Shown piece after piece: positions 25,157 to 33,906 of a DNA stretch of 64,000 nt. The DNA comes from Clostridiales bacterium. Lineage in GTDB: Bacteria > Bacillota > Clostridia > Lachnospirales > Lachnospiraceae. The notes below the pieces were generated by a model that had not been told where the DNA came from, searched no databases, and saw nothing but the letters and a program-made list of their open reading frames with translations. The stretch is taken from positions 4,429 through 68,428 of the forward strand of contig JAQXIM010000137.1 in the NCBI GenBank assembly GCA_029007785.1, read 5' to 3'. The position numbers and the translations under genes are program-made. The first letter of the stretch is position 1. Each line of letters begins with the position of its first letter.

Positions 25157-26206
25157 ATGAAAGGAAAAAGAGATTATTATGAAATTCTGGGGGTCACAAA
25201 AGACGCAGATGCTGCAGTAATCAAGCGTGCTTACCGAAAGTTGGCGAAAAAATATCACCCTGACAGTAATAAAGGAAACCAAAAGGCGGAAGAAGTCTTT
25301 AAAGAAATCACAGAGGCTTATGGAGTCCTCGGCGATGAAAAAAAGAGAAAGCTGTATGACCAGTATGGTTTTGCAGCCTTTGATGAGACCGGAGCGGGGG
25401 CTGGATATCAGGATAACCAGGGCTTTGGCGGCGGTTATGGAAATGGTAACTTCTATCGGAGGGAAGGACCGAATGGTTATCAGGAATTCCATTTCGAAGG
25501 AAACGGTGGGGATATGGATGATATCCTGAAGAACTTTTTTGGCGGTTCCTTCCATGGCAGTGATTTTGGATCTTTCCATGGCTTTCGGAATTCCGGTTCT
25601 TCCCAGAGAGGAGGAAATGGTTCTTTTGCACGAAAGGGTATGGATTTGAATGCGGATATGGAGGTTACCTTTGATGAGGCGGCCTTCGGAGGTACGAGAA
25701 AGATTCATTTGCAGGAAAGTGATGGGACGGAAAGAGCGTATGAAGTGCATATACCGGCAGGAATTGCTTCCGGTCAGGTAATTCGCATGAAAGGAAAAGG
25801 AAATCCGGGATCCGGAGGCGGTGAAAATGGGGATTTGATGCTTAAGGTGACGGTAAAGGATAAGCCCGGTTTCCACCGAGAGGGTCAGGATGTCTATACG
25901 ACAGTACGCGTTCCCTTCGCAACGGCCGTTCTGGGCGGTGAGGTCACCATCGGCACCATTTATGGAGATGTGCGCTGCAATGTGAAAGCAGGAACTCAGT
26001 CCGGCAGCAAAATACGTTTGAGAGGAAAAGGTATCGCTTCCATGGATCATCCTCAGACCCGGGGTGATCAGTTTGTTACGGTTCAAATTGAAGTGCCCAG
26101 AAATCTGGGAGAAGAGGAGAAACGGAAGCTGCGGGAATTTGATGCAGCCTGTGAGCGGAATGGTCATACTTCCAGCCGGGGCGGAGCCCGGGCTGCACGA
26201 ATGTAA
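25157..26206 (+). CDS. DnaJ-class co-chaperone lacking the zinc-finger domain (CbpA-like, type II)
   Basis: J domain DYYEILGV...KKYHPD, a G/F-rich linker, and C-terminal substrate-binding domains. No CxxCxGxG repeats are present. Confidence 0.85.
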   Translation: MKGKRDYYEILGVTKDADAAVIKRAYRKLAKKYHPDSNKGNQKAEEVFKEITEAYGVLGDEKKRKLYDQYGFAAFDETGAGAGYQDNQGFGGGYGNGNFYRREGPNGYQEFHFEGNGGDMDDILKNFFGGSFHGSDFGSFHGFRNSGSSQRGGNGSFARKGMDLNADMEVTFDEAAFGGTRKIHLQESDGTERAYEVHIPAGIASGQVIRMKGKGNPGSGGGENGDLMLKVTVKDKPGFHREGQDVYTTVRVPFATAVLGGEVTIGTIYGDVRCNVKAGTQSGSKIRLRGKGIASMDHPQTRGDQFVTVQIEVPRNLGEEEKRKLREFDAACERNGHTSSRGGARAARM

Positions 26207-26326
26207 AAAAGAAAATACACCGCGCACCTGGTGGTATCCTTGATATGGCATAAATTTTCTTTTATAACAAACTTTTAAAATTTTTTCATATATTGGCTGG
26301 CCGACAATACCTCTTGCATAACATGG

Positions 26327-26356
26327 AACCGCTGTCTGAAAAGGCAGCGGTTTTTT
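26327..26356 (+). terminator. Intrinsic terminator 120 nt downstream of the DnaJ-like gene
   Basis: aaccgctg ... cagcggtt stem followed by tttttt (26351-26356). Confidence 0.75.
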
Positions 26357-26556
26357 CAAGAAGAAACTTCGTCCCTATTGCATAAAATTCTCCGGGAGGA
26401 TACGCATACCGCTCCAAAAGAAGTTTTTCTGTAAGCAGCCACGCGGCAGTGCGAGACTTCCGCGAGTCGAACTCTTTGTTCAAATTGCTTTCCTCTAGCA
26501 AATGTAGTAGACTGAAAATAAAGATGGATTCATAGATGACCAGGGGGTGAACAGTT

Positions 26557-28953
26557 ATGGAAACTCTTGCTTTGCTTTCTCAATTTGTTTTTGTCGCTGC
26601 AAATTTATCGGAGAAGGTAGGAGAGCATATTTTTGGAAAGGCTCTGGACGCGGTTCTGGACAAGATGATCGAGAATCCCAGAAAAAAGCCGGATGCAGAC
26701 TTGAGCGGAAATGATCTTCTGGTGTGGCAATTTTGTGATTGTTTGTGTAAAGCACATAAGGAAACCTGTGAGATCTATGGGTGGGAGTATTCAGAGCAAG
26801 CGATTCGCCAGTTTATTTCATCCGAAGAAAATGCAGAATGGTCAGAGTGTTTTTCAGAACAAAAGCTGAAACAGTTTCTAAAAAGACTGGTGGGGGATGA
26901 GGCAGCGGAAATTGTTACAGACCATGTATTAAATACATGGTTCCGTTGCTTTCAGCAGGAAGTAGCCTGTCATCTGGAACTATATAACTGGCAATCGATG
27001 TTGACAAAGAGTGTAAGGTTTGAAGACGCTTCGTCCGGTATCCAGACAGGTGAAATAAAATCCAGCTTATCGGTTACGAAGGAGGAAGCGGCATCCTTCG
27101 TATCATTGTGGAAGGAAGTGATGAATTCTTCGCTCCCCGGCAGAGATGCGGATCAAAAGAAATGGGGAGATGCCATCAAATCCTGTCAGAATTTGATAGA
27201 AAGTATTCTTGAAAAGATGAAAACCGGAACACTTTACGACTTTACGCTTGATTTGCAGTCGTATGATCCGGAAACTTTTCCTGCCTATCAGTGCTGCTGC
27301 AGCGGAAATCCGGTTAAGGAAATATCCTTTGAGGGGACGGAACTTCCGTTATTTTATGCAGATCTCATTCTGCGAGAGGCAGACTTGATTCTTGGAGAAG
27401 ATTATTGGCTGCGCATGGATTCCTCCATCTATACAATAAATAATCGATTTGTAAAGCTGGAACGTCTTCAGTCCCATTTGAAAGAAGCAAAAACAATAAT
27501 TCAGACAGGAAAAGAGGATTGTCGGTGGGCCCTGGAAACCGGGGAAGCTGTTCTCCGAGCAAAGAGCAGTATAGAGAAATGGGATAGAGTGTGCTGTGAT
27601 CAACTGGAGATCTGTGGTACACTTTTAGAGGAGGTCAGAAGTGGTTTGATGATAAACCGTCCGGATCAAAAAAATCTGGTATCCAGGCCGGTTTTCAGCG
27701 GTGCTTTCGACAGTGTTTTGGGACAAGAGGAATCCAATCTGGAGAAATTGGAATTATCTGCCATGAAACATATAGCCAGCGGTCATACGATTCTGCTTCA
27801 GGGACCGCAGATTATGGATAATGCCAATTTTCTGCGGCTGCTTCAGTACGAGGATATCCGCAAATTATGTAAAAATGGATTTTTCGTATATTCTGCATAT
27901 GGAAATCTTCATACACCCAGAGATTTTCTGATGGACAGACTTGGCAAAACGGAAAAATCCAGTGATCAGTATTTCAAGTTCAGCAGTTTGGATGCATATC
28001 AGAATGATGAGTATGGTGCAGCACTTCGTGAAACTGTGAGACGAGCATTAAGTGATCGGAAGCAGTATGGTGATTTTCGAGAGAAGATTCCATCGGAAAT
28101 ACAGAATTCCGTGGAAGAGCTATATGAATCATACCAATTGGCAGCGGAGTGTTTTGAAGAAGCAGAATCCATGAAGTATCATCAGTCAGCGAAGAAGCGA
28201 ACGATGAAATCCTTTATTAATTACTATAGTTTTCAAAGTCCCGAATTGAGTCTGGATACATTGATTGATAGTCGGCTGAGAGAATTGGAAGAGGATGAAA
28301 AGGAATGCAGCCAGCCAGGACGGAAGGAAATCCTGGAAAGATTCCGAATCATTCAGGGACAAATAAATGAAGAGAAGAAAAGAAAGACGGCAGGAGCCTG
28401 GATGCGGAGTAATTATTATGACACTCTCAACGCATGGAAAACAGAAACAGAAGATTTTAAGATACAGGAAAGCCTGGAGCTTTTCGAAAAACTCATCGAC
28501 AGATGCTATCTTCTGTTCAGAGGATTTCTAAGCTGCAATAGTGTAGCCTTGCCGGAAACAGAGCCCAGATTGAGATTGTATCATTCTCGAAAAGATCTTC
28601 AAAAAAAGACAAAGGTGGACTATATGTACGATTCGTACAAAAGAAGAAGCACCATTCCCCATCGCAGCTTCATTTCCTGGGATACGCTTATGGAACAGGC
28701 ACTGAATATTCGTGGAATTATTAATGATCCCGGTATTCCCATGGAAAATCAGAAGGAAAAGATTTTTCAGGAAACGGAAATCACCTGTGATTTTGTGCTT
28801 GATCATATTGGAGGAAGTCTTGTGGCTTCCGAAGCCAATATTTTAACGATTAAGAAAAACAAAGTGGCGATGACGGATCGTAAAGAGAAAGATACGGATA
28901 TAGAACTCAGTCATATGGAAGTGGTGGATGTGAATCTGGAAATGGAAGGCTGA
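26557..28953 (+). CDS. Large hypothetical protein (798 aa, predicted mostly helical, Cys-rich N-terminal third), orphan
   Basis: Uninterrupted 2.4-kb ORF with a GGGGGTG SD-like element. A possible promoter is TTGCTT-17-TAGACT at 26485-26513. I could not recognise any conserved catalytic motif. Confidence 0.7.
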   Translation: METLALLSQFVFVAANLSEKVGEHIFGKALDAVLDKMIENPRKKPDADLSGNDLLVWQFCDCLCKAHKETCEIYGWEYSEQAIRQFISSEENAEWSECFSEQKLKQFLKRLVGDEAAEIVTDHVLNTWFRCFQQEVACHLELYNWQSMLTKSVRFEDASSGIQTGEIKSSLSVTKEEAASFVSLWKEVMNSSLPGRDADQKKWGDAIKSCQNLIESILEKMKTGTLYDFTLDLQSYDPETFPAYQCCCSGNPVKEISFEGTELPLFYADLILREADLILGEDYWLRMDSSIYTINNRFVKLERLQSHLKEAKTIIQTGKEDCRWALETGEAVLRAKSSIEKWDRVCCDQLEICGTLLEEVRSGLMINRPDQKNLVSRPVFSGAFDSVLGQEESNLEKLELSAMKHIASGHTILLQGPQIMDNANFLRLLQYEDIRKLCKNGFFVYSAYGNLHTPRDFLMDRLGKTEKSSDQYFKFSSLDAYQNDEYGAALRETVRRALSDRKQYGDFREKIPSEIQNSVEELYESYQLAAECFEEAESMKYHQSAKKRTMKSFINYYSFQSPELSLDTLIDSRLRELEEDEKECSQPGRKEILERFRIIQGQINEEKKRKTAGAWMRSNYYDTLNAWKTETEDFKIQESLELFEKLIDRCYLLFRGFLSCNSVALPETEPRLRLYHSRKDLQKKTKVDYMYDSYKRRSTIPHRSFISWDTLMEQALNIRGIINDPGIPMENQKEKIFQETEITCDFVLDHIGGSLVASEANILTIKKNKVAMTDRKEKDTDIELSHMEVVDVNLEMEG

Positions 28954-29059
28954 GGATATATATCCATTCATGCGTCCCGGATTTGTGCAGAAGGAAAAGT
29001 ATTGAAAATGGAAGTCTGAGATCCATACATCCACATATACATCCTGGAAGTGTGTAAAC
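28940..29059. repeat. Degenerate tandem duplication (period 66 nt, about 70 percent identity by eye) spanning the 3' end of the 798-aa gene
   Basis: aaatggaag[g/t]ctgag...atcca...cc.gga..tgtg occurs at 28940-28992 and 29006-29059. Confidence 0.6.
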
Positions 29060-29097
29060 ATCGGGGAATGAATTAGAAAGAGAAGGATAGCAGAAAT

Positions 29098-29754
29098 ATG
29101 GACACAATAAAGAGATATTTTGAATTAGCAGAGGAACGGCCGGAGTTATTTTCTCAGTCCGTACAGATTCCGTTGGTGTTGGAAGAAAAGATGATGCGGA
29201 ATTTTGCCGAAGAGACGGGAAAAAAGATGGGGATGGTTTATGACAATTCTCCTTTCTTCTATGTGATTGCCGATTTGTGCCGTGGAAAAAAAGGTCTTTT
29301 CAGTTATGCCAGGGTGATTTACTGTAATGCCCGGAGCAATGGCGCGGTGGCCATTCCCCGGTGCGGTGATTTCTTTGGTTTGTTGTCGATTTATCGTCAT
29401 GGACCCCGCTGCGAAAGCCTGGAATTTCCCCGGGGATTTGCGGAGTCGGGAGAGTTCTCTTCCGGCGAACTCATCCAGAGAGAATTGTCGGAGGAACTGG
29501 GGCTGAAAAAAGAGGAATGTTTGATTCGTAAACTGGGAAATCTGCGGGCAGATGCAGGCTTGTCTGCCGGTCTGGTACAGATCTTTCTGGCTGATATTTC
29601 TCCGGAAGCGAAAATTGATTTGACGGATGAGGAAGGAATTTTCGGCTTTCGATGGGTGACAGAAGAAACACTGCGATCCATGATTGCAGACGGAAGAATA
29701 ACGGATGGATTTACCATTTCTTCCTATGGAATGCTGACATGCACCAATCTGTAA
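29098..29754 (+). CDS. Nudix-hydrolase-like protein
   Basis: Near-canonical Nudix box GFAESGEFSSGELIQRELSEELGL (GX5EX8REUXEEXGU, one extra residue). Confidence 0.6.
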   Translation: MDTIKRYFELAEERPELFSQSVQIPLVLEEKMMRNFAEETGKKMGMVYDNSPFFYVIADLCRGKKGLFSYARVIYCNARSNGAVAIPRCGDFFGLLSIYRHGPRCESLEFPRGFAESGEFSSGELIQRELSEELGLKKEECLIRKLGNLRADAGLSAGLVQIFLADISPEAKIDLTDEEGIFGFRWVTEETLRSMIADGRITDGFTISSYGMLTCTNL

Positions 29755-29816
29755 GGAACATTTTCCAGGACAGGGATTCAGAATAGTGGAAAAACGAAGG
29801 AGAAAGGGGATAACCC

Positions 29817-32480
29817 ATGGAACATCTGCGCTGTGTTGTGGAAAGAATTACTTATCAGAATACAGAAAATGGCTATACTGTACTGAAGGTGGCTGTTAAA
29901 AACTACCATGAGCTGGTTACGGTTGTGGGAATCATGCCGGATACCCATGTGGGTTCCGTCCTTTCTCTGGAGGGATTCTGGAAAGTGGATGCCAAATACG
30001 GAAGGCAGTTTTCTGTGGAAAAATATGAGGAAACTCTGCCGGCTACGGTTTATGGTATCGAGAAATACCTGGGCTCCGGGCTGATTAAAGGTGTCGGACC
30101 TAAATTTGCCCGGAGAATTGTGGAGAAGTTCGGAAAGGATACGCTGGATATTATCGAAGAAGAACCGGATCGTCTGCTGGAGGTGGCAGGAATCGGTGCA
30201 GTCCGGGTAGCGCGGATTCGAAAGAGCTGGGAAGAGCAGAAAGAAATCAAGAATATTATGCTGTTTCTCCAGAGTCATGGAGTCAGTACGGCCCATGCAA
30301 CGAAGATATTCAAAACCTATGGCAGCGACAGTATTCAGGTGGTGGAGGAAAATCCCTATCGTCTTGCCGATGATATCTGGGGAATTGGTTTTAAGACGGC
30401 AGATACCATTGCGGAAAAGCTGGGAATCGGCAAGGAACGGTTTATACGGTTAAGGAGCGGTTTGTTTTATACCCTGAATAAGCTGTCGGAGAGCGGTCAT
30501 TGTTATGCTGTCCGGGAACAGTTGATTGAGGCCGCGGAAAAGCTTTTGGAGGTGGAGGCTCCTCAGCTGGAAATGACTCTGGATGAGATGCTTCGTACTG
30601 AAGAGGTGATCCGGGATGAGGAGGCCATCTATCTTCCAGCCTTCTATTTTTCAGAAGCCGGGTGTGCCAGGCGGCTGGGAACGCTGATGGATGCAGAACG
30701 TAAAATGAAGATGGATCCGGACAAAGTAATGGATCGTGTACTGAAACAGTCCGAGATTTCATATGATAAGATACAGCAGGAAGCGATTTATGCAGCCATT
30801 TCTTCCAAGGTAATGATTCTCACCGGAGGACCGGGAACCGGAAAAACGACAACTACCATGGGAATTATTTCTGCCTATCAGATTGCCGGTTATCAGGTGA
30901 TTCTGGCAGCGCCGACGGGACGGGCAGCCAAAAGAATGTCGGAGGCCACGGGAATGGAAGCGAAAACCATTCATCGTCTTCTGGAATATAAACCGCCGGA
31001 AGGGTATCAGAAAAATGAGGAAGCCCCTTTGGAAGGAGATGTTCTGATTCTCGATGAGTGTTCCATGATTGATATTATGCTGATGTATCATGTGCTGAAA
31101 GCTATGCCGGATCATATGACACTGATTATGGTCGGCGATACGGATCAGCTGCCCAGCGTGGGTGCCGGAAATGTGCTGAAGGATATGATTGCATCCGGAA
31201 AGATTCCCGTGGCTCGTCTTACAAGGATATTCCGTCAGGCTCAGGGCAGCAGGATTATTATGAATGCCCATCGCATTAATCAGGGAGAAAATATCGACAT
31301 GAGGGGCGGCAAGGATTCGGATTTCTTCTTTGCGGCTAAAGAAACCAATGAAGAAGTGGTGGAAACTCTGGTTCAGTATTGTACGAAAAATCTTCCCCGG
31401 TATTACCATGTGGATGCGCTGCAGGACATCCAGGTTCTGACACCCATGCAGAGAGGAATATGCGGTGCGGCCAATTTGAATCAGCTGCTTCAGGAAGCTA
31501 TGAATCCATCGGATATTTTCCTCCGGCGGGGCGGAACCCAATATCGTCTGAATGATAAGGTGATGCAGATCCGCAACAATTATGACAAGGAAGTATTCAA
31601 CGGGGATATTGGAAAAATTATCCGGGTGGATATGGAAGAACGGGAGCTGACTGTGGATTATGACGGACGGAGTGTGGTCTATGATGTTTCCGAACTGGAC
31701 GAATTGGTGTTAGCTTATGCCACAACGATTCATAAATCCCAGGGTTCCGAGTATCCTATTGTTGTGATGCCCTTTACCATGAGTCATTTTGTCATGCTTC
31801 AGAGAAATCTCCTTTATACCGGTGTAACCCGGGCAAAAAAGATTCTTGTTCTCATTGGAGAAAAGAGGGCAGTTTATTATGCCATTCAAAATGAGACGAC
31901 AACGGCGAGAAATACAAAACTGGCCCAGAGACTGATTCAGAATATCGCCGATGCGGCGAATTCGATGCCGACAAAAACAGGGGATTCTGCCATTTTCCAA
32001 CAGGGAAATGTTGTTTCATTCCAAAAGGAAACCATTGAAAAATCAAAAAACGAAGAAAAGGTAATTAACTGGAAAGGCGGCATCCGGATCCCTCTGGTTC
32101 GTGAGGAACCCTCCTTTTACCGGGGCGATTTGTTCCAGAGGTTGTCCCAGTCCAGTTTTCGCAGCAGTTTTTCTCTGAGGGCCAATGATCGGGCTTATGT
32201 CCGGGAGAAGGGAATGGATACAGTACGCAGTCATGCCCATGAGTTTATTGAAAAACGTCTGGCTCCGGCAGAGCCGGTAAAGGACGGGAAACAGACACCC
32301 ATGCGGGGTCATCCCGCCTTTGTTGCCCAGCATGCTACGGGCACCTGCTGTCGGGGATGTCTGGAAAAATGGCATGGAATTCCCAAAGGGAGACCTCTGA
32401 CGGAATCAGAAAAAAACTATGTGGTGGATGTCATCATGGAATGGATCTGCCGTCAGATGCAGACAAACATGGGAAAATAA
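29817..32480 (+). CDS. recD2: RecD2-type SF1B DNA helicase fused to a C-terminal DUF4186 domain
   Basis: N-terminus ITYQNTENGYTVLKV and HhH region, Walker A GGPGTGKTT, Walker B ILDECSM, TIHKSQGSEYP. The last ~130 aa (from about 32080) carry GKQTPMRGHPAFVAQHATGTCCRGCLEKWHGIP, typical of DUF4186. Confidence 0.85.
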   Translation: MEHLRCVVERITYQNTENGYTVLKVAVKNYHELVTVVGIMPDTHVGSVLSLEGFWKVDAKYGRQFSVEKYEETLPATVYGIEKYLGSGLIKGVGPKFARRIVEKFGKDTLDIIEEEPDRLLEVAGIGAVRVARIRKSWEEQKEIKNIMLFLQSHGVSTAHATKIFKTYGSDSIQVVEENPYRLADDIWGIGFKTADTIAEKLGIGKERFIRLRSGLFYTLNKLSESGHCYAVREQLIEAAEKLLEVEAPQLEMTLDEMLRTEEVIRDEEAIYLPAFYFSEAGCARRLGTLMDAERKMKMDPDKVMDRVLKQSEISYDKIQQEAIYAAISSKVMILTGGPGTGKTTTTMGIISAYQIAGYQVILAAPTGRAAKRMSEATGMEAKTIHRLLEYKPPEGYQKNEEAPLEGDVLILDECSMIDIMLMYHVLKAMPDHMTLIMVGDTDQLPSVGAGNVLKDMIASGKIPVARLTRIFRQAQGSRIIMNAHRINQGENIDMRGGKDSDFFFAAKETNEEVVETLVQYCTKNLPRYYHVDALQDIQVLTPMQRGICGAANLNQLLQEAMNPSDIFLRRGGTQYRLNDKVMQIRNNYDKEVFNGDIGKIIRVDMEERELTVDYDGRSVVYDVSELDELVLAYATTIHKSQGSEYPIVVMPFTMSHFVMLQRNLLYTGVTRAKKILVLIGEKRAVYYAIQNETTTARNTKLAQRLIQNIADAANSMPTKTGDSAIFQQGNVVSFQKETIEKSKNEEKVINWKGGIRIPLVREEPSFYRGDLFQRLSQSSFRSSFSLRANDRAYVREKGMDTVRSHAHEFIEKRLAPAEPVKDGKQTPMRGHPAFVAQHATGTCCRGCLEKWHGIPKGRPLTESEKNYVVDVIMEWICRQMQTNMGK

Positions 32481-32573
32481 CACCGTACAAAAAATCGATG
32501 CCGGACTCCTTTACCGGACAGCTCGGAAAACAATACCTTGTATAAAATAAGACAGCAAATAAAAAACATGCGG

Positions 32574-32622
32574 GAACCCTAAACGTTAGATGATAGATGG
32601 ATCTGACTTTTAGGGTTCTTTA
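32574..32622 (+). terminator. Hairpin downstream of recD2
   Basis: gaaccctaaa (32574-32583) pairs with tttagggttc (32609-32618) and is followed by ttta. The loop is large. Confidence 0.45.
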
Positions 32623-32775
32623 CATTGTCTGGAAAAGTATTTGTGTGTTCCAGTGAGAAAAACCAAAGGTCGTGTTCACAGTTTTTTCAGACTTATTTCA
32701 AGTAAATTTTAGATTGGGTGAGTATAGTGATATACGAAATATCCATGAATTTCTAATTAAAGGAGGAAGGATGCA

Positions 32776-33906
32776 TTGATCGAGGTAAATCATTTGACAA
32801 AACGGTATGGAAATCATACAGCCGTTTCCGATTTATCCTTTTCCATTGAGGACGGACAGATCTATGGTCTTTTGGGTCCAAATGGTGCAGGGAAATCTAC
32901 AACGATGAATATAATGACAGGCTGTCTGGCTGCCACTTCCGGTGAGGTGAAAATAAACGGATTTGATATTTTTGAGGAGCCGAATGAAGCCAAGAAGCAG
33001 ATCGGGTATTTACCGGAGCAGCCGCCCCTTTACCTGGATCGGACGCCCAGAGAGTATCTTCGTTTTGTTGGTCAGGCAAGGGGAATTTCCGGAAAAAAAT
33101 TGACTCGGCAAATCGAAAATGTCATGGCCGTCACCCAGATTACCGATGTGGCGGATCGGCTGATGAAAAACCTGTCCAAAGGATATAAACAGAGAGTGGG
33201 AATTGCCCAGGCTATTTTGGGAGATCCCCAGGTAATTATTCTGGATGAACCAACAGTTGGTCTGGATCCCAGACAGATTATGGAAATCCGGGAATTGATA
33301 CGGAAACTGGGGGAAAATCATACGGTAATTCTGTCCAGCCATATTCTTTCCGAAGTACAGGCCGTTTGCCAGAAGGTCATGATTATTTCCAAAGGAAAGC
33401 TGGTAGCCAGTGATACACCGGAAAATCTGGAAAAACTTTTTGCCGGACGGCTGACCATTGCAGTAAAAGCAGAGATTCAGGAAGAAGAGGTTCCTGAAAT
33501 TCTCTCTTCCATGGCATCGGTGACCAGATGGACGGTACAATCCCAGGGAAATGGATGCTGCCGTATGGAATTGGAGATTGAACAGGGTATCCGGTCAGAA
33601 GATGTTTGTCGAGAGCTTTTCTTTGCTTTTGCCGAGGCAAAGAAAGCCATTCTGGAAATGAACACCGGTAAGATTAGTCTTGAAGATGTATTCATGGAGC
33701 TGACAAATCTGGAACGAACAGAAGAATCGGATCAGAAAAATTTGTCCGGCCAATATGATGCCGGGGAAATGGATTCCGAACAGGATCCGGAAGATACGTC
33801 CGAATTGGCCTTTGATTCCGAGCAGAGTGAAAATGATTCCGGACAGGATGAAAAAAAAGAAACAGAAGGGAACTCTGAAAAAGAAGAAGGGGAGGTGAAA
33901 GAATGA
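32776..33906 (+). CDS. ABC transporter ATP-binding protein (GldA-like) with an acidic C-terminal tail
   Basis: TTG start after AGGAGGAAGG. Walker A GPNGAGKST, signature LSKGYKQRV, Walker B IILDEP, and a D/E/S-rich last ~70 aa. Confidence 0.85.
   Translation: MIEVNHLTKRYGNHTAVSDLSFSIEDGQIYGLLGPNGAGKSTTMNIMTGCLAATSGEVKINGFDIFEEPNEAKKQIGYLPEQPPLYLDRTPREYLRFVGQARGISGKKLTRQIENVMAVTQITDVADRLMKNLSKGYKQRVGIAQAILGDPQVIILDEPTVGLDPRQIMEIRELIRKLGENHTVILSSHILSEVQAVCQKVMIISKGKLVASDTPENLEKLFAGRLTIAVKAEIQEEEVPEILSSMASVTRWTVQSQGNGCCRMELEIEQGIRSEDVCRELFFAFAEAKKAILEMNTGKISLEDVFMELTNLERTEESDQKNLSGQYDAGEMDSEQDPEDTSELAFDSEQSENDSGQDEKKETEGNSEKEEGEVKE

Noticed and set aside
24644-26359. 571-aa ORF on the minus strand
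   Set aside because: It lies entirely antisense to the well-supported hsp20 and DnaJ-like genes. It has a TTG start inside a terminator, low-complexity composition and no motif. It is a shadow ORF.
26557-28953. P-loop (GEHIFGKA) and HEPN-like Rx4H (RSTIPH) motifs in the 798-aa orphan
   Set aside because: The first lacks the S/T after GK and has no Walker B partner. The second is a short pattern expected by chance in 798 aa. Neither is sufficient to assign a function.
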